Below, one piece after another: positions 21,470-39,995 of a DNA stretch of 64,000 bases. The translations under genes were made by a program, and so were the position numbers. This stretch comes from Balamuthia mandrillaris (Eukaryota). How positions within the stretch are numbered: position 1 is the stretch's first letter; every line of letters begins with the position of its first letter. The DNA lies in the NCBI GenBank assembly GCA_031835245.2, contig JAVKOQ020000003.1, positions 1-64,000 on the forward strand. The letters are read 5' to 3'. The notes under the pieces are model-generated. The model did no database searches. It was not told the DNA's origin and was given only the letters and a program-made list of their open reading frames with translations.

Positions 21470-24403
21470 TTAATCAGAACCAGAATCGTGAAGGCTATTG
21501 CGTCGAGACTTTTTTTCGGTGATGGAAGAAGGTGTGGCGCTCTTCATGCGATAAAGGAAGGTTGAAGTGGAATCGTTTCTTGCAAATTGCCTTGCCTAAA
21601 AAGTGGGGTGGAGTTAGTTTCGTCTCACAAGGGGAGAGAGAAAGAGAGATAGAGTGTACCGCTGATTTTGCCTTTGTATTGCCTTTCTTTTTGTCTTTGT
21701 CCTTTTGTTTCTTCTCCCTTCGCTTCTTTCTGGCATCTTTTCTCTCTTGTTCATCATCTGATTCTGCTTCATCGTCGCTTAGGTTCAGGCCAATCTTACG
21801 CTCTTTGCGCTGTGCACTGAACAAATGGTTTTCCATTGTATGGAGAGTGGTCTTTACGTTTTTGTACACCACTTCATCTTCGTTGGTTGTTTTCTTGGCC
21901 CTTTTGAGAAGTTTCTTTCTGGCAAACGCTTCCGTCCTTGCTTCTGTGTACTCGCCGCGAAACGCCATTCGTGCACTTTGTTGTGCTGAAAAACAATAAA
22001 ACAAACATCACGGTAAGGAACGGTGAAGAACAGAAATACAAAAGAAGAACAAATACAAAGCAAACCTATGTTAAGGCCAAGAACGGCGATGTTGGCGTTT
22101 TCTTCAGCCAGGTTTCGATCCTCTGTGACAGGTAGCGCTTGCGTGATACAACGGATACACTTGTTGCCATCCAAAGTATGAAAGCGAATCTGCACCTGGA
22201 ATGGAAGCTCCTTCACTTCCTTGGGAATGGAGAAGCTTTTGTCGAGTCCAAACTCGAAGGTGATTTGGGTTTCCTTGGTAACGTTGCCGAGGCTGCGTTT
22301 CGCCACTTTCAAAGATGGCCTTTGGGGCTCTCCCTTTGGTGATTGGGATCCTTCCTTTTTGGCTTCTGTCTCCGTTTGCTTTGCTTCGTTCTTCGTTTTT
22401 GTTTTATTTGTTTTGTCCTTCTTCGGCGCTTTCTTTTTCTCTTTCTCCTTCTTCTCGTTTTCTTTTCCACCTTCTTCACCGTTCTTCTTTTTCTGCTTGT
22501 TTTTCCTCTTAAAAATATTCCGCTTTTGACCCTTGTTTCCTTCTTCCTTCTGTGTCACTTCCTTCTTCTCTGCCTCCACCGCTGCTTCTTCAGGAACGAT
22601 ATCGTCATCTTCTTCCGTCTCCTCATTTCTGAAGTAAAGTCCACGATGCAACAACAAGTCTACCGCAACATTCGTAGCTATTATGGGATCGCTGAGAATG
22701 GAAGCGAATTCCTTATGTAAAGAAAGCGGATCCACAACATTGACTTGCCCTCCACTGCTATCCGCCAGTCTTCCCAAGTTCTCCATGTTGGCTTCCGTTC
22801 CTTTGATGCTGAACACTGAGACAGAAATGCCAGAATGTGCTGCTACTTGTCCCAGTTGGGCATAGAAACGAGCCACTTGATGCTTTTCATGGCTGTTGCG
22901 AAGTTCGTCCTGTGCTCCTAACCCTACGTTTGCCAGACCATCCGTACAAATGATGACCTGAGAACCTGAGCTTGAAGCTTGAGCGGAGGCCATTCCCAGC
23001 GAGACAAGCAAAGCAGGTCCAAGAGCAGTAGCACCGTTCTCTTCAACACGGAAGAGGCGCTGGCTAAGATCTTCATGACTCTCTTGAATAGGGTGAGAGA
23101 GAAGGTTGCTGTGACTTTTGCCGAGTTCTAATAAGGTGTCGTATTGGTTCAGCTTGTCGCCGGTTATCGTTTGTGGGACGCCCGTTCCGTCTCCGATGAT
23201 TGTTACATCATTGTTGAACGTTACTGCAATGAGAGAGAGAGAGAGAGAGAGAAAGAGAAGAGAAAGGTTAAGAGGCTAAACTTATTTCCGAAGAAGATTT
23301 GAAGACAACAAAACCACTGACCAAGACCAACGCGTGTAGAAGGTGACTCGCGCACTAACTTGTCCATGTAGGTCTCGACTGCAGCTTGCACGCACTGCAA
23401 CCTGCTGACCCATGTCGTGTCCTTGTTTTGACGGGGCATAAACCTTTTTGTTTGTTCGTTATGTCCCTCGTGTTAGTGCTATGAATTTGTGTTTTCCTAG
23501 AGCTTCTTCTGCTTCTGCTTCTTCTTCGTTTCCTTTGCTATCACATCAACGTAAAATAAAACAAAAAAAAATACAAGACGTACTGATCAGCTCCTTCAGT
23601 GTTCAGCTCTTGTTGCATTTTGAGCAAGCTTTGCCCACCTTTGAGCTTATGTCGTCCCATTACTTCGGTGGTTACGCACATGCTGCCGCTTATGTCAATA
23701 CAAAATATGACCACTGGTCCGTTCTTTCTTTTACCACCATTTTCTTCGGTACTGCCATTTCCACTTCCTTCGGGGTCCTCCGCTAGCTCCAGTATGTAGT
23801 CTCCGCTTTCTGTTGTTGGTTTCTGAGGGTTTTGTTTGTGTCAAAGGAATGACGAGAAGAAAAGAGAAGAGAAGAGAAATGAAACCTCTTCTTCTTCTAT
23901 GTGAACAGCATTGGAGGCACCACAAAACTCACACAGCCATTGTTGGTCGCTATCCTCTTCCTCCTCTTCTCCTCCTTTGTCCTCAGACGATGAAGCCCCG
24001 GTTTTAGCAGTCGTTGTGATTTTGCTGTTGTTCATTTTTTTAAAAAAAAAAAGAAGTTAACGATTGAAGGAACACACAACCAAAAGAAAAACACATACCT
24101 GAGATGATTAAGAGCAGCGCAGCAACTCTTACAAAAAATGGGATCGCCGGTCAATAGCTGGGCCTTTTCAGCCAACGTCGCCAAACTGATCTGGACCACG
24201 TTGGTGTCCGCCTTTCTCACCTTCTTTTTGACCAATCTCTTTCTGTCCTCTTGCTTCTCGGTTTCGGAGGTGGAGTCCTCTTCCTCGCTGTCGGAGGAGG
24301 AAGAGGCACCGCCGTTCTCCACGTCAGAATAACAGAGCTCCTCCTCGGACAAACTCTCCTCGTCCGAGTCGCAGGCCAACACAAACTTGGAGGCGAAGTT
24401 CAT
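21470..24403 (-). CDS. Sec23/24-type zinc finger plus vWA domain protein (similar to the non-Ras part of circularly permuted Ras protein 1), multi-exon
   Basis: GDPIFCKSC..WLCEFC, FCIDISGSM, VSRLQCVQAA, TALGPAL, ICTDGLANVGLG. Confidence 0.8.
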
Positions 24404-24671
24404 TTAACTTTCTTCTTCTAAACTAACTCTGTGTTGTTGAAGAAGAGGGAAAGAACAAAAGCTTGCCAGAATTTTTCTCTTTCTTCGCCGTTCAGTGATC
24501 GAAAAAGTGCTATAATGATAAAGAGGTATCATCCAGTCAGCAATCAAAGAGTCGCTGCATATTACGGTGACGTCATCACCAACCAACAATGAATCAAAAA
24601 AACGATGCTTGCTGGAAGACGTAGTTTCACTACGGTTGGCATTTTGGATGGTTTTTTTTTGTCGTTTGGGT

Positions 24672-27206
24672 TCAAAAAAACTCGTCGTCGTCATCTTCTT
24701 TTGCTTCGTCGTCGTCATATGCGTGATAATTATTTTGTTCTTCTTCTTGTTGTGCTTCTTCTTCTACTTGTTCTTCTTCTTCTTCTTCTTCTTCTTCTTC
24801 TTCTTCTTCTTCTTCTTCTTCTTCTTCTTCTTCTGCTTGTTTTTCTTCAGCCTCTTCACATTCAATTTCTTCGTGGTTATTTTGTTGTCTGTCTTCGTGT
24901 TTGTGATTTTCTGCTTCATTTTCTGCATGTTGATTGGGGTTCATGAAGGAGGGGAGGTGATCCGCAGAACGCAAGGCACGTTGAATCTTACGTTCAAAGC
25001 TAACAAGGCTGTCCAACTCTTGTTCGCCATTTACTTTAAGCAACGCTTTCATCTCGAGCAACTGTTGCTCCAAACGTGCCACTTTTTCATCCTGTACACA
25101 ACATATAAGTAAAAGGAGGAATTTTGAAATAAGAATGAAACAAAACACAAACAAAATCAAGAGGAGCAAAGAGGGAACGAAACGAATACCAAGCTTGAAG
25201 AACTTCCGTTTTGGTGATCCTTAGTAAACTTCTGCAGAGCAGAAGCTTGTTGTGAATGAAGCTCGCTCAACTCTTGAGCTATCTTTGCAAGTCGTTCCTC
25301 ATTCTCTTGTCTCTGCCTCTCTTGTTGCTGCTTGTGCTGTTGAAGAGCGGACATCACTCTCTTCTCTACGCTTTGCATCTTTTTGTTAATCTTCTCTTCC
25401 ATCGCATCCATCAACCGTACTTCCAACGATTTCAATCTATCGTCTCCTTCGGCTTCTTTTGCTTTGCTTCTTTTCCCACCATCGTTGTATCCTTCTGCTG
25501 CTCCGAATTCTTTCTCTTTTTCTTTTTGTTTGTTGCGTTTTGCAGTTTGTTGTTGTTGAGAAACTTGCAATAAAGCTAACTTGTTTTCAAGAGCATTTGT
25601 CTTTTGAAGAATGCTATCCAAAGAGTGCCGCACGACCGAGAATGCTGCTGCGTTGTTGTTGAGCGCATCCTTTTCGCCGTTTTCGTTATTCGCTTCTTCA
25701 CCATTTTCTTGTTCTCCTTCTTTTGATTTAAAACGAGGAGAAAAGAGGTGATGATCAGGACCGAGAAAAGGTTGGTGTTGATGCTGTGAGTTGAACAACC
25801 CAAAAAGAGCCTCTTTGGTTGTTTTGATCAAGTTTTGAGTCTTTTGGTTTTCTAGTTTGAGAAACTCTTGGGTTTCTTTGGAGAGTTTCTGTAGTTCTAT
25901 TGGGAGCTCATATTCCGGTTCGTGCAAATGATTGGCTGTGGATGGTCTCTTCTCTCTTCCTCTCTCTGGTGATGGCATAAAATGAGGAGGCAGTGAATGC
26001 TTGTTGTTGTTGTCGTTAAACAAGAATGGAGAGCGAGGAATGCTGAGAAAAGGAGTTGACGGGTTGTTGTGAGCAATGAATGGTGTAGTAGGAGCAGAAG
26101 CATTAAAATGATGCTTGCTAAGTGGCTTGCTGTTGTGATGCGAAATAGGTGGTGTCATAAAAGGAGTGGATGGGACAGAGTCGCCGAATGGTTGTTGATG
26201 TTTGTTGTAGGAGACAGCTTCCAGGTCCGCTTCTGGTGGCAATGTTGGATCTATGCAACAGAGACGGCCAGAAATACAAATTAAAACAATGAGAAAGTGA
26301 AGAAAGAATAAAAACAGCTCTTACCAATATAAAGGAACCAAAGGTCATCTCTGTAAGCGCTGCCGTCACCAACTCCACCCCAAACTATCATCCTATCACC
26401 ACCAAATACGTTTGCTGAATGAGCATAGCGTGGTGCAGGGCCTACTACGTTTTCTGTTATGTCCAACTTTTCGGTTGCTCTCGAAAAGTCGATTTGCTTC
26501 CATTGACCCATTGCTACATTTAATATTAGTGAGTTGAATGTGTATAGTAGTCCTCCTATTAAGAAAGTAGAAGAAAGAGATATAGGAAACATACCGGGAG
26601 AATATTGCCATAGATCTGCGGTTGCAGTGGGAGACTGCCCACCAAAAATGAGAAGTTTAAAGCGTAGAGTGACGGCGGTGTGGTAGGCACGTCTGGAGGG
26701 TCTGCTCATGCGAGCGGCTACTGAATCAGTCGCGTTTGCCAGGTCTCGCCATTGAAGTGTGACTAATTAGATGGTGCGAAAGACATGGTTTTGTGTTATG
26801 AAACGCCGAACACAAGGGAGATCAGTCAGCAGAAAGGAGAGAGGGGCTCCAGAGAAGTGAGAAAGTAAGGGTTAAAATAAGTTACAAGGATCAAGTTCCC
26901 ATAGATCGTTTAGTCTTCCTCCAGGTCCATATCCACCAAAAACAAGAATACTATTGGGTGATAATGTGGTCATGGTGTGTCCGTGCCTCTCTGACGGGAA
27001 GCTTCCGCAACTTGCCTTCATCAGAGAAACATAACAAAAATGGAAGAAAATGAGGATCTGTTAACAAAAAAATCTTTTTAAACGTGTACCTCGATACGGG
27101 TCCACGTATGTGTAACTGTATCAAAAGACCACAAGTCGTTGTGACAACCAGAGCTAAAGATAAACAAAACGAAGTACTCAACAAATGAGGGAAAGAAAGA
27201 AAGAAG

Positions 27207-27249
<43 letters not shown>

Positions 27250-27476
27250 AGCTTTAAGATTACCGTCTGTCTGCCCCACCAAAGATAAGAAAACAGTTGC
27301 CAAAAGACACAACAGAATGACCGAAACGGGGAGAGGGATACATGTTTTTTTCTGTTGCAAGAGCTTCTATGTATTCCCATTGTTTTGAACCTAAGTCAAA
27401 GGCCCACACATCATTTACGGATTTATGTTGATCCGTTTCACCTCTGTTGGTATATTCAATTGTTAAAGAACAAGAA

Positions 27477-27524
<48 letters not shown>

Positions 27525-28513
27525 ACCCAAAGATCCACATTTTCTCATTGATAACGACTGCACTGTGTCCAGTTCTTCTCCCAGGATGTTGCGAGCGCCG
27601 TTCTGGTACCATTAACCTAGACCATCGCATTGATACTTCACAAGGACAGCAAAAAACAACAACAAATAAGAGCGAAATGAGTGGAGAGAGAAGCGAAAAA
27701 AGAAGCACAAAGAAAACATATAAGAGTTAGAACGTACTGCTGTCAAGGACCCACATGTCGGAGAGAGGCTTTCTTCGAAAGCCGCCATAGATCAGCATAA
27801 AGTTCTTGTACTGGACGGAGGAATGGCCTCTCCGCAGTTCCGGTCTCAACTGGCCTTGTTGTGCATTGTTCCACCCAAACCTTCCTGTTCATTTGTTTGG
27901 TTTGGACGACGTAGTTTGTGTGTTAGAGCTCTAAAACCGGAGTAGAACTTGAACGAAACAAGGGAGAACAAATCCACCCACTTTTTTTGCTGGGAGGGAG
28001 AGGCTTGGAGGGGGTGCCTTGGGCAGCAGAAGCAGCAGCAAAGAGTTGTTGTTGCGCAGGCGATGCGGCAGCGAAGGAGAGAAGAGAGGCCGGGGGAGGA
28101 AGCGGCTGCGGCGACTTGGCTTGGTGATCGCGAGGGGAGGGCGTTCTCGGTTCTAGTTTTTTCGGTTTCTGCGTTTTTTCTTTGCCGGAAGTGGACAATG
28201 ACGGAACAACTTTTTGCTTGTGTGTGTTGTGTATGCTAGTGGCCAAGTCTTCATTCTGTACTTCTTCCTCTTTTTGTTTTTGTTGTTGTTCTTCTTCTTC
28301 TCCGTTTGATTCGTGGTCGTGGTCGTGGTTCTGATAATTGGCCTCGCTAAAGTCGTGGTCCTCCTCCTCTTCGCTGCCCGCCATTTCTTTTTCTTCGTAG
28401 GGCGACAACAAAAAGTCTACATCAGAGTCCTCCACTTCCTCTTCTTCTCCTTCTGCCTCATGACTCAGGCTCAGCCCGGCGTCCTCCAATTCCGAAAACT
28501 CAGAGAGGGACAT
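24672..28513 (-). CDS. Kelch-repeat protein with acidic N-terminus and coiled-coil C-terminus, multi-exon
   Basis: Repeated R.GH(S/T)...IFGG...DLW units across exons. Confidence 0.8.
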
Positions 28514-28670
28514 GGCCTCCCTGCTTCTTCTTGCTGCTGTTGCAGACTGTTTTTTTTTTCCACAACGAGATTCTTGTCATGACGACGTGGTTATTCCTAT
28601 CTGTTCGGTTTTAGATTTGATCTCCGTTTTTGATTTTTTATTGGACAAAAGAAAAGTTGAAAAAAAAAAG

Positions 28671-29158
28671 ATGGAGAGTGGCTTTGGCGTGGACTTGCTT
28701 GAAGAAGAGGAGGAAGTGGTGTCCTTCAATCCTGTACGTACGCTTCCGCATCGTTTGGTGTTACTCAAAGGTTATCGCCTGAGGGTGAGTCGTTTCCAAC
28801 ACCGCTCTTCTTTTCTTTAGAAATTGATAGAGCGGCTCCTAAAAGAACATTGGAAAGCAAACACCAAACGTAAAGTAGCCTCCTTTTTCGTTTTGTTGTC
28901 ACGATATGACGTTCTCACTTGCGTTTGCAGTAGGAGCGGATGCCCTCACGTTGAGCACTGAGTTTCTTCGCTGCTTTGTGGTTGGTCAGTGGTCGACGCT
29001 TTACTTTTCGTTTCCCTCCTTTGGTGCGTGACTAATGTTTGACGGTTGTTACAGAGGCTGTGCAACGAGCGGCAAAGTTGGCGGAAGCAGAGGGCTCTGC
29101 CACCGTTCAACCAGTGCACATAGAACGGATCCTACCCCAGTTATTGTTGGACTTTTAA
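28671..29158 (+). CDS. CENPX: Centromere protein X / MHF2 histone-fold protein, 4 exons
   Basis: Spliced product MESGFGVDLLEEEEEVVSFNP-KLIERLLKEHW...DALTLSTEFLRCFVVEAVQRAA...HIERILPQLLLDF*, matching the characteristic CENP-X C-terminus. Confidence 0.88.
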
Positions 29159-29842
29159 CTTGGTTGAACCAGCCAGCTGAACGCCAACTGAGGCTGCCGT
29201 CGTGTCGTTGTGGAATGATAGGTCGAAGCACTCAGCTCCAAGAAGAGCTACATGCAGGCGATGCGGCAGCTTTTGTGTTTAAAAAAGAAAACCATGGCCT
29301 CATCCAGGGCGAAAGAAAGATGTACTTCGTTATCCTCGTTTTTCTTGAGACACATTTTGGTGCTCCTCCTTTCGCATCAATTCAAGCCACGTCATGTCGC
29401 TGCAAGTCGGAACTTGCCGCAATTGCTGACGTAATGTGTGAACTTGCGAATCATAAGCAAACCGTACCGGTTTCCTTTTGTTTTGGTCGAGGGGTCAAAT
29501 TTGAACTTCACGTCGCGACGAAATACTTCGAAAATAAAAAATATTATAAAAAAATCGAAAAAAAAAACTTACACAGGGGCAAACGCTCACTCCCGTCGCT
29601 AACAAGAGGTAAGAACGCTCGACTTCCCTTCCCCAACTAAAAACCTTCTCCACTTCTTCGTCTCTCCCCGTGTATCGCGCTCTCACTCTCACTCATTTAT
29701 ATTTATATTTTATTTGATTTTCTTCCTCAGTCTCTGTCTCACTCTTCTTTTTTATTATTTTTTCTCTCTTTCTCTCTTTGTTATTATTTTTTCTTTCCTC
29801 GTTGTTCCTTGCTCCTCTCGCTTTCTTCTCTATTCCAAAACA

Positions 29843-32244
29843 ATGTGGAGCCGCGGCCTACGTCTGTCCAGTCGCTCTTCGCTCGGTGGTGGTGGGCAGG
29901 TAACTTAGTAACCACCTTTATTCATTAACCTTAAAAAAAAATGTCTTATTTTCTTTTCCTTCTTTTTCTTTTCTTCTCTTCTTTTTTTTTTTTTGGTTGT
30001 CAACACCGAAAACAAAAATAACAGCTTCTGCGACGCCACTCTCCTGTCTTCTTGAGCGCTTCTTCTTCGTTGCCTTCCTTCGGTACCTTTTATTTGACCA
30101 CGTGTCTCCGCTGCACGCTTTTTTGTTTTTGGATTTTTTTTTCTCGCATCGTTTCTTAGCTTCTGCTTCTATTTTTTTTTTGTTCTGCGCTCTGTGTTTA
30201 ATCCGTGTTAACTAAAAAAATACCTTCAAACAGGATTTTTCAACATGAGCAGAGAATACGCCACTGAGGGTAAATTATTACGCCTCTCACTTCTTGCTGT
30301 TTAATCGGATTTTATTTTTTTTGTGCTCAAATTGTTTAAATTCGATCTAATCGTCTTCGCGCCAGGTGTGATTGAGAGGTTGCAAAGGGAACAGGTGATC
30401 TCCGTTATGGGCGGACAGTGGGGAGATGAGGGCAAGGGCAAACTGGTGGACATGTTGGGCGCCAACTATGACATTATTGCTCGTTGCGCCGGTGGTTCCA
30501 ACGCAGGTACCAACACATTTCTTCTTCCTTCTCTCACTCTCTCTCTCCTCCTCTCTTCTCTCTCCCCCTCTCGTTCTCTCTTTTCGTTTGACAATGATGG
30601 TCGTTGGTCGGTTTGAATTGGTTAATAATGAAACCAAAAGCAATTATGGTTAAACTTTTGCACAACTGAGATTTTGTTTTTCTTCTCCTCTCTTTTCTCT
30701 CCTTCTCTTGAGGTTTTTCTCACAAACTAACAACGTGCGCCAACCAAAGGTCATACTGTGGTCGTAGAGGGCAAGAAGTATGCCTTCCACTTGATGCCCT
30801 CTGGAGTGCTTCACCCCAAGACTGTCTGTCTGATCGGTAACGGTGTGGTGTTGCACATCCCCACCCTCCTCAAGGAGTTGACCAACCTGGAAGCCCAAGG
30901 CATCGACCACAAGGGGCGCATCAAGCTCTCTGACAGGGCTCACATCGTCTTTGACTTTCACCAGGAGGTGGATGGCCTCAATGAAGAGCAAGCCAAGGCC
31001 GAACACAAGATTGGTACCACCAAACGCGGTATTGGACCTGCCTACTCTGCCAAGATTAGCCGCATCGGCATTCGTTTGGGCGACCTCCGCTTCCCCGACA
31101 CCTTCAAATCCAAGTTGGAGCATCTTGTAGCATTCTACCAAAGGGCTTATGGCATTCAAGTTGACGTGGAAGCTGAGGCCAAGAAGTACAACGAGTACTA
31201 CGAACAGATCAAGGGCATGATCGTGGACTCTGTGCACTACATCAACAAGGCCTACGAGGAGGGCAAGAAGATCATGATTGAGGGAGCCAACGCCACCATG
31301 CTTGACGTTGACTTTGGAACCTATCCCTATGTCACCTCCTCTAATGCCAGCATCGGAGGCGCGGTCACTGGCCTTGGCATTGCCCCCTCCAAGATCGATG
31401 GTGTCATCGGTATCATGAAGGCTTATACCACTCGTGTTGGCTTGGGTATTTTTCTCATTTCCCTTTTCCCTCTTTCCTCGTTTTTATTTTTTTTTCCCAT
31501 ATCTTTGCTTTTTTTGAGAGCTTTCATCTCACATTATTTCTTTTGAAACAACAGGACCATTCCCAACGGAGTTGCACGACGCGATAGGAGAAAAGATCAG
31601 AGAGATTGGCCGTGAATTTGGAACCACAACTGGCAGACCCCGCCGGTGCGGCTGGTTGGACGTTGTTGCCCTTCGCTACACCCACCTCATCAATAACTTT
31701 GACGTCATTAACCTTACTAAGCTTGACGTTCTTTCTGGTATTTTCCTCTTTATAGTTTTGTTTTTTCATTTTTGTTTTTTGCAACGTTTCTGAAAACATT
31801 TTTTCGTTTTCAAAATCATCTAGATTTGGACGAGGTGAAGATCGGTGTGGCCTACACCTACAACGGACAGCGACTGGAGAGCTATCCATCGAACTTGGAG
31901 GTGCTCAGCCAGGTGGAGATTGAGTACGAGACGTTGCCCGGATGGAAGTGCGACATCTCTCAGGTTCGATACATTGAGGACCTCCCTGCTGAGGCCCGCA
32001 GATACGTAGAGCGAGTGGAAGAACTTTCTGGCTGCAAGATCGGATGGGTATGTTTTTCTTTTTCCTGTTCTAGTTTTTGTTGTGTATCCTTTTTCTCACC
32101 TCCACTCTTTTTGTGACGTTCCGTTTGAAGGTTGGTGTTGGACCTGGAAGAGAGGCAATGGCCATTCGCAAGCCAAAGAAAGAAAAGGAAAGGGAAAAGG
32201 AAAAGGAACAGGCTGAATCCAAGAAAGAAACGGAAGCCAAGTGA
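29843..32244 (+). CDS. purA: Adenylosuccinate synthetase, multi-exon
   Basis: [58 protein letters not shown]. Confidence 0.97.
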
Positions 32245-32457
32245 TCTCTTTTTTTTTTTTAAAAAAAAACCTTTTTCTTTTGTTCATCACTTTTCTTTCT
32301 CTGTTGTTTCTCTCTCTTTTGCTGTGATGAAAGAAACAATAGCAAGTGAGAAGAGAGAAGAGGAGAGTAGAGAGAAGGAGAGAAGGAGAGAAGGAGAGAA
32401 GGAGAGAAGAGATACGAGAGATATAGTCGCAAAAAAAAAAAGGAAAGTCGCAAAGTA

Positions 32458-34082
32458 ATGGAAGGAGAAAGAGAATTGCATCATCATGATGACCAACGGT
32501 CTCGATGGCGGCATCTGCAACCTTGTGACTCGTTACCAGAGGCCAGGCATGCCCACAGTTGCGTGGCGTATGGGGACCGCTTGTTCGTTTTCGGCGGCTA
32601 CGCAAAGGGCACCACCTACCTCGGTGATCTTTGGCAGTTTTCTTTCGGTATTGACCACACTCAAAACGAATCTTTCAAACTTCTTAATCTTTCTTCTCCT
32701 CTCCCTCCTCATTTTTCTGCTTGTTGCTTCTCACTAACGCACGGTGTGCTTGTGGATGACGTGCAGCAACTGGCAAATGGACAAAGCTGCGTCGGAGAGG
32801 AGGCCCTTCGCCGCGGCATTCGCACACGGCAGTTGTCTATGGCCATTCCATGTTTGTGTTTGGGGGTATCGGCCAGGGCGGCCTTCCTTTGAACGACCTC
32901 TTCTGTTTTAACCTTGGTATTGTATTTTTTGTTGGTTTCTGGACTTTTTTTTCTTTCGTTAACACACAACCACAAAACCAAAGAAAAGAGCAGATGGAGC
33001 AAAGTCGCTTTGAAGGAAGACTCGTCGTGTAAAGCACCCCCGCCGTTATGGGGTCATAGTGCAGTCGTGCATGCGGATTGCATGTACGTATTCGGAGGCT
33101 TTGGCGACTACATTTCCAATCAACTCTATCGCTTTGACTTTGGTCTCTCTCTTTCTCTTGCTCTCTTGCTCTTCCTCTCTCTCTCTCTCTCTCTCTCTCT
33201 TGCTCTCATCAGCTTATATTAATATCATATTTAAACACACATGACAGAGAGTAAGCGTTGGTCTTTGCTAACAACGACAACAGCAGAAGAGCACAGGAAA
33301 CCACCACCACGACATCTTCACGTGGCCATCGTCCAACAAGACACAATGTACATTATCGCTGGGTTCACCGGCTCTCGTAACCTTTCCGACTTTTTTGCTC
33401 TGTCCTTGCGAACGAAAAACACAAACAAGAAAGAAGCAGAAGAAGCAAAGCTTTTGGAATGGAGGGAACTCCCACCGCCACCGTTTGGCAAAGAAGGCAG
33501 AAGAGGACACAAAGTGGCGATATTACAGCTTGGTGATGATAAAGAAGCAGAAGCAAGACCATTGTTATATGTGCATGCAGGAAGAGTTGAAAAGGATGCT
33601 GTTGATGACCTTCACGTTTTTGACTTTGGTATGTATATCAAGCAAGCTGAGGTAGAGAAGAACTAACCACTTTTTACAGAGAAAGAAAAATGGTTTGTGG
33701 TGCAATCAAGAACAGATGAAGAAGAACGAGAAAAGCCAACGGCACGTTACTTTCATTCGATGGTGGAGTGGAGAAGCTCTCTTTGGGTGTTTGGAGGTTT
33801 AGGTTATGATTCTTCTGAAGCAGAACGTAAAGTGGACTTGAATGACTTTTATCAATTTCATCCAGGTACACCTTCCTTTCATTTCTTCTTTCTCGAGACT
33901 TGTGGGTTCTCAAAACAAACACGAACAGAAAGGCGTTTGCTGGAGGTAGGATGGGTCAAAGAAGTTGCACGTCGCCACGAAAGTGTTTTTCTTGTTGTGT
34001 TATCGTTTATCATTTTCCTTCTCGCTTTCTTTGTTTTCTCGCTTCGAACCATATAGCACAGCAAGAACGATCTTTCATTTGA
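32458..34082 (+). CDS. Kelch-repeat protein, multi-exon
   Basis: RHAHS..VFGG, RHSH..VFGG, WGHS..VFGG, RHLH, RRGH, RYFHS..VFGG. 3' end approximate. Confidence 0.82.
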
Positions 34083-34203
34083 GAACACTTTACTGCTTTG
34101 CGTTCATGCCAGGTTTTGCACTCTTACTTTCCTTCCCTAACGCTGGAAGGAGAACGTTCTTGGCTATCAGACTTAATAGTCTTTAAAGTTTATTCTTTCT
34201 GCA

Positions 34204-35154
34204 CTAAATGTGCATAAACCGAATGTTTGCCAGGGGTTGGAACTCGGAGAGAAACTGTCGGAACCGTTCCACTGCTGGCATTACAGGCACGTGATCCTCC
34301 ACTGGTTCCCCATGCAAACCGGTGATTGGGATGAGGAATCGCACCGTGGCATTGGTTCCACTAACTATCAACGTTTGTTCAACGAGGGTGCTTTTCGAGA
34401 GTGAAACGTGGACCGCGTCACAGCAAGTCATGAATGTGGTCCGTCTGCCCACTTTCGTAACCAACATTTGCTCTTCTGGTGGGGGTGTTTTTATATCTCC
34501 TTTTGCCTCCATCTCTGCTTCATCGTCTCTAGTTGTTCCATTCATTGCTTGCTCTTTTTCCAGAGCCTGCAGCAGAGAACTTGCTTCACAGAACAGTTGT
34601 CGCGCTGCCTCGCCATCCATTTCAACATGAACGCTCTTCGCGGTGGGTTCCTTCCGTCCGTAGGCGTCGGCCAGGAAAGAAGCCGAAGACACCGCTTTCC
34701 TTTTGTTCCTCCTCTCCTCTCTCAAGTGTAGCAGATAGACTTCCAGTTCGTAGTCTGCGTTGTCTATAGTAAGCCCTTGTTCTTTTTCCTCTTCCTTGTT
34801 TCCTTCTTTTTCCTCTGCTTCTTCTTCCACTGCTCGACTTGCGTTTCCTTGCTTAGCGATGGGGTAGAGGTCAACGTGACGCCAGAAAACAGGTTCCAAC
34901 AGCCAACCTGCCTCCTGATGGTCGGGTGTGCCCTCTATTTTGAAGTAGACATGCACCCGCCGTCCTTGCCTGCAGAAGAGACACCCCCCGAACCTGTCGA
35001 CCAGCTCTTTGCAGGTGGTGCAAACCAGCCGCAAGGCATGCAGTGCATCAAAGGAAAGGTAACTCACCACCGTTGCTTGCAGCTCCAAGGGCAAGCACTG
35101 GAATAAGCTCGGGGTGCAACAACGAACCTGACTTCCTGTTTTGTTCTGTTGCAT
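34204..35154 (-). CDS. F-box domain protein, intronless
   Basis: LFQCLPLELQATVVSYLSFDALHALRLVCTTCKEL. Confidence 0.75.
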   Translation of the reverse strand: MQQNKTGSQVRCCTPSLFQCLPLELQATVVSYLSFDALHALRLVCTTCKELVDRFGGCLFCRQGRRVHVYFKIEGTPDHQEAGWLLEPVFWRHVDLYPIAKQGNASRAVEEEAEEKEGNKEEEKEQGLTIDNADYELEVYLLHLREERRNKRKAVSSASFLADAYGRKEPTAKSVHVEMDGEAARQLFCEASSLLQALEKEQAMNGTTRDDEAEMEAKGDIKTPPPEEQMLVTKVGRRTTFMTCCDAVHVSLSKSTLVEQTLIVSGTNATVRFLIPITGLHGEPVEDHVPVMPAVERFRQFLSEFQPLANIRFMHI

Positions 35155-35329
35155 CTGCTCTGCTTTTGCCGCCAACTGGACAACCCTACCGCGAAATTGT
35201 TTTTTAATATTCTCGCTGTTTAAGGTTTTTTAACAAGAAGGACAAGAAACTCACTTCTTGGTAGTGCTCGGCCCATCCAGCTGGAGGCGAAACAAATGCC
35301 GCACAACAGAAACTGTTGCCCTGGTTTTG

Positions 35330-39995
<4,666 letters not shown>

